From positions 1-64,000 of IMG/VR virus record IMGVR_UViG_3300011113_000675: a DNA stretch of 64,000 nucleotides. One strand, 5' to 3'. This document shows positions 57,803 to 64,000 of this stretch, piece by piece. Position 1 is the first letter of the stretch, and each line of letters starts with the position of its first letter. The translations under genes and the position numbers were made by a program. Source of the stretch: a virus. Under the pieces are notes generated by a model. It saw only the letters and a list, made by a program, of their open reading frames with translations. It was not told the DNA's origin and ran no database searches.

Positions 57803-59080
57803 TTATGGTCTTGGTATTCCCAAATCTCTATAAAGTTGGTCATAATCGTCATCATCGTCTTCAGAACCTTCTTCACCTTGGAAATCATCATACTCACTCT
57901 TCGATTGTTGAGCTTGTTTCATAATTTCTTTGAATTTTGCAGTTGCCTTTCTTACTTTTGATTCATCTTCCGAAATTGCATTACCAATGATATCTAAAAA
58001 TTCTTTAGCTTCTGTCTTGTAAAGAATCGAATAAAACCAAGGTACCAATCCTTTGTTTACGTCGTCAAACATCTCATCAGGTAATGCGAATCTGATTTTT
58101 TCCACAATCTCAGGACCAATTCGAAGTTGCATTGGTTCATTAGACAGCACATCTGTGTAAGCCCTTACTTGTTGAGACATTCCGGGGTCTTCAGGTAAAC
58201 CATGTCTACCAATAGATTCTTCAATACCTTTTATAACTTCATGACAGAGAATTGGGAATATCAAACCTTCCGCAACAATCTTAGTATCAGGTTCATCTTC
58301 TCCACCCTCGTCATCATCTTCTTCATCACTGTCTTTATTTACAATCTTAACTTTACCTGCAACACCATTACCTGTCTGAGACATCATCTCAATCATTTGT
58401 TCCATCGTAAAATACATGAAGTCATTGATTGCCATAACGCTCAGATAAGCGGGATATAGTTGTGGGTCGATTGCATCTAATCTTTCTCTAACCTCAGGTT
58501 TTTGAAAAACGTAATGTCCTTTTTTTGCCGCTCCCTGTACCAAGGCATTAATCATATTTCTTTTATGAATTTCTAACTCCATTACTTCTTCGTCAGTCAA
58601 ATCTTCTACGTCGAAAGAGGGAATTTGAGGTATTTCTTTGTCTTCTTTTTTCTTTGGTTTTGTAGCTTGCATTCTGAAGTCTGAAATATTAATAGGAGCT
58701 CTATTCAACAATGCCTCGATTGTGAACCAATCTTCAGGAACTTGCGTTTCTTCCAAACATGCTTCAATTGCAAGTTGTTCTAACTCTTCTTTATGTCTTC
58801 CTTCAATTCTAGTAATACCAGGAACTTTACTCATCATTTCCTGAAAAAGCATTCCTTTAACTTGTTCAGAACTGATGTCCTGAATTCCTGAAACTTGTTT
58901 TAACTTATCAGCAACTTTTCCAAATCGTGAACTTACTAATCTTTGAACATCAGCAACTCCCTTTTTCAATGCAGGATTTTTTGCATACAAACTTTCAGGA
59001 CTTCCTAACTTACGTTCCAAGTTTGGGTCCATTCTTTCGGGTCTGTCCCCGTAATTTATTTGTTCTTTAATCTTCGCCAT
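57803..59080 (-). CDS. hypothetical acidic protein
   Basis: 425-aa ORF in the head operon. Confidence 0.7.
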   Translation of the reverse strand: MAKIKEQINYGDRPERMDPNLERKLGSPESLYAKNPALKKGVADVQRLVSSRFGKVADKLKQVSGIQDISSEQVKGMLFQEMMSKVPGITRIEGRHKEELEQLAIEACLEETQVPEDWFTIEALLNRAPINISDFRMQATKPKKKEDKEIPQIPSFDVEDLTDEEVMELEIHKRNMINALVQGAAKKGHYVFQKPEVRERLDAIDPQLYPAYLSVMAINDFMYFTMEQMIEMMSQTGNGVAGKVKIVNKDSDEEDDDEGGEDEPDTKIVAEGLIFPILCHEVIKGIEESIGRHGLPEDPGMSQQVRAYTDVLSNEPMQLRIGPEIVEKIRFALPDEMFDDVNKGLVPWFYSILYKTEAKEFLDIIGNAISEDESKVRKATAKFKEIMKQAQQSKSEYDDFQGEEGSEDDDDDYDQLYRDLGIPRP

Positions 59081-59081
59081 T

Positions 59082-60023
59082 TTATTTTTTCAATAAATTT
59101 AAGATAACATCAATTACTTCTTGTTTTGCATCTTCAGGAGATATTCTTCCTGCTTTCGGGTCAATCTGTTCTCCTGGTCTCGGATTTTTTCCGGGATGTG
59201 AGGGTCTTGTTCTTGGTTTTGTGTCAGGTTTCGTAATTGGTTTAGTTGGTGCAGTAGTTGGTTCACCAGCTTTTGGGTCTATTTGTTCACCTGGCCTTGG
59301 GTTTTTTCCAGGATGTGCAGGTCTTGTCCGAGGTTTTGTGTCAGGTTTAGTAGTAGGTTTGACTGGTGCGGTCAATGGTGAGTTTGCTTCTGAAAGATAT
59401 TTCAGTAAGTCACCTTTAGTAATTCTCGGAGGTAAGTTTCTTTCCACGATTTTTATAATTTCTGATTCAATAAACAAAGATACAGGATTTTTTCCTTCTT
59501 CCAATTGTTTTTTTACAGATTTGACACATCTTTCGAATTTTCTTGTTTTTTTCGGACCAAGTTGTGCGTGACAAATTGCCCATGGGTTTTTTTCTTGTTG
59601 CTCACTCATTCCCATCATATCTCTGTCATTATCGGAATCATCGTCCATTCCATCAGGGGCCATGTCATTAGCCATATGAGGTGCATCTTGTCCTGTTAAA
59701 TTTTGTAATGCATCGGCTCCCAAAGCATTCTTGTTATCAACATCATCAGTTTCAGTTTCTTTCATTTCCTCCATTGGAGTTGCTTTAATTCCTGTTGAAG
59801 TTTTTTGGATTACCATTTTTTTCCCTGTAGGCGGTGCAGGTACTGATGTTCCTTTTTCTAAATCAGCTGCTGGTATATTATAAGATGTGGTTGTCTGTTG
59901 AGTAACAGCTTCGACCATCAACTTTGAGTGTAAAATGTTGATTTGAGATTCTGTCAATTTACCGACAGTTTTTGCAGATAATCCTTTTTCAATTAATTCG
60001 AGAGCCTTTTTATTAATTTTCAT
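59082..60023 (-). CDS. hypothetical protein with duplicated basic Pro-rich repeat
   Basis: Translated sequence; NPWAIC...KFERCV module. Confidence 0.7.
   Translation of the reverse strand: MKINKKALELIEKGLSAKTVGKLTESQINILHSKLMVEAVTQQTTTSYNIPAADLEKGTSVPAPPTGKKMVIQKTSTGIKATPMEEMKETETDDVDNKNALGADALQNLTGQDAPHMANDMAPDGMDDDSDNDRDMMGMSEQQEKNPWAICHAQLGPKKTRKFERCVKSVKKQLEEGKNPVSLFIESEIIKIVERNLPPRITKGDLLKYLSEANSPLTAPVKPTTKPDTKPRTRPAHPGKNPRPGEQIDPKAGEPTTAPTKPITKPDTKPRTRPSHPGKNPRPGEQIDPKAGRISPEDAKQEVIDVILNLLKK
59148..59369 (-). repeat. two 35-aa coding repeats (117-nt period) AP.KP.TKPDTKPRTRP.HPGKNPRPGEQIDPKAG
   Basis: Protein nearly identical, DNA diverged at synonymous sites. Confidence 0.85.
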
Positions 60024-60408
60024 AAACTACTTTTTTTTCGAATTCCAATATTAAATCTCTTTCATAGAGTTTGTCTTTTATTTGTTGTTCGGACATTCCA
60101 AATCTAAAAACCATTCTTTTCTGATTTTCATACTCGTCTGTTTCCCAGGCTAATGCAACAACATCATCGATTGCATCTTCCATAGAAAAAAAATCGGAGT
60201 TCTGAATCAATTCCAATTTTACATCAGTATTTCTCAGAACTCCTACTTTTTTAATATGATGTAATTCGGGAGGGCTTGGATAACCATTAGCTGGTCTGCT
60301 TTCCCAAGAATCTCCCCAAACATCAAGACTATCAGAGAAAATGAATTCGTAAAGATTGTCTCCCTTATAATTGGGTCCTAAACCATTTACGTATATCAAA
60401 TAACTCAT
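60013..60408 (-). CDS. hypothetical protein
   Basis: Overlapping operon arrangement. Confidence 0.7.
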   Translation of the reverse strand: MSYLIYVNGLGPNYKGDNLYEFIFSDSLDVWGDSWESRPANGYPSPPELHHIKKVGVLRNTDVKLELIQNSDFFSMEDAIDDVVALAWETDEYENQKRMVFRFGMSEQQIKDKLYERDLILEFEKKVVYEN

Positions 60409-61613
60409 ACTAATAATCCTTCAGGTGATATTTTTACTTGTTTTCCTTTATTTTCAAATACTAAGTTTTTCTTATTTGTCACTCCAACAATTTTTGCAGA
60501 AGAATTTTCCTCTAAGAATTTTTTTGCAGATAATTCTTGTTCGATTGATTCACTAAGTCTTATCACCTCTTTCATTTGTTTTTTTACGTCTGAAAATGAT
60601 GAATTTTTTCCCTTGCTTTCAAGAATTTCTTTTTTGGTAATTTCAAAGTATTTGGATATTACTTTTTCAATTTTGGATTCTCCGAAAATACTATCGATGA
60701 TAGCTCCATTCCCATAACCTCCTTCTTCCATTTCATATCCCTCAACAGGAACATCCATATCTGCTTGAATGTCTTCAACTTCACTATCGTCGGTCATATC
60801 TAATCCACCCATGTCATCACCACCCAAATCTTCAGATTCTTCATCGAATTTAGATAATATATCTTCTCTATCTTCTTCAGATAATTCGTTCAAATTGAAT
60901 GAAGATAATACCATGTTGATTACATACTTAATGTCCTCAGAAGTCATTCCTTGGTCAGCATCCAAAGTTCTAATTTTTTGGGTCAATTTACCCGTAAGTT
61001 TTTGAATAGTTTTGAATGTAACTTGTTCTTCTTCTCCAGTTGCCGGAGTTTCCATATCCATAGATACATCTGCCTCAACGTCTCCTTCAGGACCCATATC
61101 TTCCATACCCATATCGATGTTTAATTCATCTCCTCCAGGCATTTCAGCACTTGGAGACGGGGGTAATGACGGAGCTGGTACAGGTGGAGGAGTTGCAGGA
61201 ACCTCAGCCACAGGTGCTGGAGCAGGTGCTGGTTGAGGGGTTTTTAAGGTAAATTTTTTCTGTTCACCGAAAAAAGAAACTCCTTCTTCATTTTCATTGA
61301 TTCTATTCAATTCACCTGCAACTAAATTCAATCTTTTGAAGGCTTGAGAATATGAAGAATAGTACTTTCTATTTTTCATAGGCTCAATATATTCAGTTTC
61401 AGATTCTGAAATGGTTTTTTTGATAATATAACCCTGTCTTTCTTTAACTATCTCATATTGATTACCATCTGCAAGAGAAATAGAATACTCACTTCTCGCA
61501 GTTTCATTTACATTTGATGGAATCACCTCGTTGAAACGAGCAATCTCCATAATTCTTTTTATTTTATCTTGTCCAGTTAACTTTTCACTGCCAAGTGGTT
61601 TTAAATCTCCCAT
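60405..61613 (-). CDS. hypothetical acidic/Pro-rich protein, possible prohead core component
   Basis: Composition similar to the scaffold; many I/L-x-E sites. Confidence 0.7.
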   Translation of the reverse strand: MGDLKPLGSEKLTGQDKIKRIMEIARFNEVIPSNVNETARSEYSISLADGNQYEIVKERQGYIIKKTISESETEYIEPMKNRKYYSSYSQAFKRLNLVAGELNRINENEEGVSFFGEQKKFTLKTPQPAPAPAPVAEVPATPPPVPAPSLPPSPSAEMPGGDELNIDMGMEDMGPEGDVEADVSMDMETPATGEEEQVTFKTIQKLTGKLTQKIRTLDADQGMTSEDIKYVINMVLSSFNLNELSEEDREDILSKFDEESEDLGGDDMGGLDMTDDSEVEDIQADMDVPVEGYEMEEGGYGNGAIIDSIFGESKIEKVISKYFEITKKEILESKGKNSSFSDVKKQMKEVIRLSESIEQELSAKKFLEENSSAKIVGVTNKKNLVFENKGKQVKISPEGLLV

Positions 61614-61642
61614 ATTACGATTTATTTATATTTTTTGTTTTT

Positions 61643-62950
61643 TTAATTATTTAATCCTTGGAATCCACCTAAAGATATTGCGTTTAGTTGAACTATTGTT
61701 TCATTTCCATTTTCATCTGTCATGACCTGATATGGTACTGTAGATCCTGATGGTGCTGTCCCTCCACTAAATGACCCTAACATATCAATAGTATATTGAT
61801 ATTGTTGGTTAACTTCTATTGTATAATTAAAAGTTACACTCGGAGTAGGTGTTGCGGTTGGTGTCGAAGGTGGAGTTCCTGTTGGAGTCGGTGTCACAGC
61901 CGCAGTACCTGTTGGTGATGCGGTGATACTCGGGGTTGGAGTGTTCGTAGGTGTTGTCGTACTTGTAGTTGTAACACTTGGAGTTATACTTGGAGTCACT
62001 GTCGGTGACGCACTTATACTTGGTGTTGGCGTACTTGTTGGTGTCACAGAAGGTGTTGCCGTATTTGTCAACGTAGGGGTAGGTGAAGGGGTACTTGGTG
62101 GTGTTGAAGTTGGTGAAGGTGTAATTGATGCGGTGTTTGTCGGTGTTGTAGTTGTCGTAGGAGTGCTTGTATTGGTTGGGGTCAAAGTAACAGTTGGAGT
62201 TGGTGTTGGAGTATTTGATGCCGTAGGTGTTGGAGTGATGTCCGAAATACACTCAAGACAACTATTCCACGGACCATTAAATATTGTAACCGAAGCAGCC
62301 AACGGTGTTTCAAATCCCTCAGTCACTGTATAACATTGATGACTTCCGTCTTCAAACGCTAAGTCATATATTTTATTATTAATTAACGTTCCCGCAAATT
62401 TCACGAAAAACGTTGCTCCACCCTCACATGAATTGATTACATAATAAGTAATTGGCAATGGAGATTTAGTCGGAGTTGGGGTATTTGTTGGTGTAACAGT
62501 CGGAGTCGACGTATTAGTCGAAGTGACTGTCACAGTTGGCGTTTGACTTGCAGTGTTTGTTGGAGTTGCAGTGTTTGTTGGTGTTACACTTGGAGTTGAG
62601 GTATTAGTTGCAGTTTGTGTAACAGTTGGAGTTAGAGTATTTGTAGGAGTTGTAGTATTAGTTGGAGTTACAGTATTCGTTGGAGTCTGAGTTGGTGTGG
62701 CAGTAATTGATGCTGTCGGAGTTGGAGTTATATCCCCAAGACATTCGATACAATTTTCCCAAGGGCCATTAAAAATAGTTGCAGTCGCGGCTAAAGGAGT
62801 CTCAAATCCTGATTCGATTGTATAACAACCGTTAGAACCTCCTCCGATGATAAGGTCGTAGATTTTACCTACAATTAGATTTTCTTCAGACTTGATGTAT
62901 AAAGTATTAGAAGAATTACAAGAAGACGCAATATAATAATTGAAAGCCAT
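61643..62950 (-). CDS. Thr/Pro-repeat protein with duplicated Cys-containing domain
   Basis: Two copies of YY...SC...KIYDL...CYT...GFETPLAA..TIFNGPW..C.EC, each followed by a long TPT tract. Confidence 0.78.
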   Translation of the reverse strand: MAFNYYIASSCNSSNTLYIKSEENLIVGKIYDLIIGGGSNGCYTIESGFETPLAATATIFNGPWENCIECLGDITPTPTASITATPTQTPTNTVTPTNTTTPTNTLTPTVTQTATNTSTPSVTPTNTATPTNTASQTPTVTVTSTNTSTPTVTPTNTPTPTKSPLPITYYVINSCEGGATFFVKFAGTLINNKIYDLAFEDGSHQCYTVTEGFETPLAASVTIFNGPWNSCLECISDITPTPTASNTPTPTPTVTLTPTNTSTPTTTTTPTNTASITPSPTSTPPSTPSPTPTLTNTATPSVTPTSTPTPSISASPTVTPSITPSVTTTSTTTPTNTPTPSITASPTGTAAVTPTPTGTPPSTPTATPTPSVTFNYTIEVNQQYQYTIDMLGSFSGGTAPSGSTVPYQVMTDENGNETIVQLNAISLGGFQGLNN

Positions 62951-62963
62951 TTAATTTTTTCTT

Positions 62964-62971
62964 TATAAATA
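62964..62971 (-). promoter_or_regulatory. late-type promoter motif TATTTATA
   Basis: 13 nt upstream of ATG 62950. Confidence 0.6.
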
Positions 62972-63003
62972 TACGGTTATTCACATTTATTAAGGTGTAA
63001 GTA

Positions 63004-63747
63004 TCAGTCTTCCATTTTTCTCTCAATAGAAAGTTCTTTATCGAGAGCTTTATTTGACATATCAAACAATTTTTCGATGTGTCCCGACCTTCTCAAAAAC
63101 TTAAATACCAAGTTTTCATAAGAAAGTTCCCCTTCTTTTTCCAAACCTGATTTTCTATAATTTTTTAATTTTTCTTTGATTGAATCTATCAATTTGATGT
63201 CATCTTCCGAATTTTCGGATTCTATCACTTTATCAATTTTTTCAGTCCAGTTTTTGATTTTCTTTTCCAAAACTGATTTATCAATCTCGTTTTCTAACTG
63301 TTTAGGTTTTGTCACCCATTCATCATTCATTACTGAATAAACACCTGTTGCAAAATGTGGCTCTTCATTATCTTGGGCATATAGTTCGACATCATAACCA
63401 AATATTTTGATATCGTGTTTGTCGTTGAATACTTGTTTCTTTAGATTATATAATTCTTTATATAAAGGAGCTTCATCCTCAAATTGTTGTAAATCAACAA
63501 GAATGTGCAAATCGAAATCTGAATATTCTGACCAATTAAAATTTGCTAAAGAACCAGTCAAAACTATATCTTCAACAAAAACATCTTCACCAAGATAATC
63601 GATAAATTTTTCAGCAATCTTCAATAAAGCGTTTTTCACCTTCGGAACCATCTTTGCTTTTTGTGGATTCTCAGGGTTCTCCCAAATTTTTGGATTGAGA
63701 GTTTCTTGTACTGAAAAACTATTGAGGATTTTTTGAAAATTATTCAT
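63004..63747 (-). CDS. Pol-beta-superfamily nucleotidyltransferase
   Basis: LTGSLANFNWSEYSDFDLHIL (GS...DxD), VELYAQD. Confidence 0.82.
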   Translation of the reverse strand: MNNFQKILNSFSVQETLNPKIWENPENPQKAKMVPKVKNALLKIAEKFIDYLGEDVFVEDIVLTGSLANFNWSEYSDFDLHILVDLQQFEDEAPLYKELYNLKKQVFNDKHDIKIFGYDVELYAQDNEEPHFATGVYSVMNDEWVTKPKQLENEIDKSVLEKKIKNWTEKIDKVIESENSEDDIKLIDSIKEKLKNYRKSGLEKEGELSYENLVFKFLRRSGHIEKLFDMSNKALDKELSIERKMED

Positions 63748-63750
63748 CTA

Positions 63751-63758
63751 AATAAATA
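63751..63758 (-). promoter_or_regulatory. late-type promoter motif TATTTATT
   Basis: 3 nt upstream of ATG 63747. Confidence 0.55.
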
Positions 63759-64000
63759 CTATAACTTCTTATACTTGTAGGCTTTTGATATATCTGTGGT
63801 AAAATACTTTCCTTGTGACTCCGCCATTCTGAATTTAGTGTAAGCTTGGTGAGGAACATCTTCATACTCATATTTGAATCCATTGTTAAATTCTACTACA
63901 AGTTTTTTTGTCTCCGTATCGTATTCTGTTTTTTTAATATTGGAAGATTTTATTTCATTAATAATCTTCGTCCCCTGAATCTCTTCTTTCAGTATCGCCA
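63759..64000 (-). CDS. KTSC-domain protein (first base of probable ATG lies just outside the window; missing from ORF track)
   Basis: Hand translation: ...KSSNIKKTEYDTETKKLVVEFNNGFKYEYEDVP...AESQGKYF...YKYKKL*. Confidence 0.82.
   Translation of the reverse strand, partial: AILKEEIQGTKIINEIKSSNIKKTEYDTETKKLVVEFNNGFKYEYEDVPHQAYTKFRMAESQGKYFTTDISKAYKYKKL

Noticed and set aside
1-64000. Alternative genetic code, tRNA genes, introns/inteins, IS elements
   Set aside because: Core genes are full length under code 11, intergenic gaps are short, and no such motifs were seen by eye; tRNAscan or Infernal would be definitive

Overview
This window is a 64 kb, AT-rich, gene-dense segment of a large T4-like (Caudoviricetes) phage, most likely one of the bS21-encoding large phages with a Bacteroidota host. 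It carries the head module (terminase large subunit, portal, prohead protease, scaffold, major capsid protein) with ribosomal protein bS21 inserted on the opposite strand. It also carries neck and baseplate genes, a family B DNA polymerase, an SNF2 helicase, dUTPase, a stand-alone exonuclease, PhoH, a gp55-like late sigma factor and two glycan-synthesis clusters totalling about 16 enzymes. Three systems stand out. (1) A candidate mucin-type O-glycosylation system for the virion: a GT60 polypeptide-GlcNAc-transferase-like gene plus GT25 and two HtrL/WlaTC-like genes lies directly downstream of a block of Thr/Pro-repeat fibre-like proteins. (2) Recurrent (I/L/V)-x-E leader and linker peptides on SOD, OmpA-like, WYL and other proteins suggest head cargo matured by the prohead protease. 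(3) A sense-strand TATTTAT(A/T/C) motif, a variant of the T4 late promoter, precedes 17 genes and often lies only 3-5 nt from the start codon. All family assignments come from motif recognition by eye; no database searches were run. No tRNA, rRNA, CRISPR array or IS element was seen.
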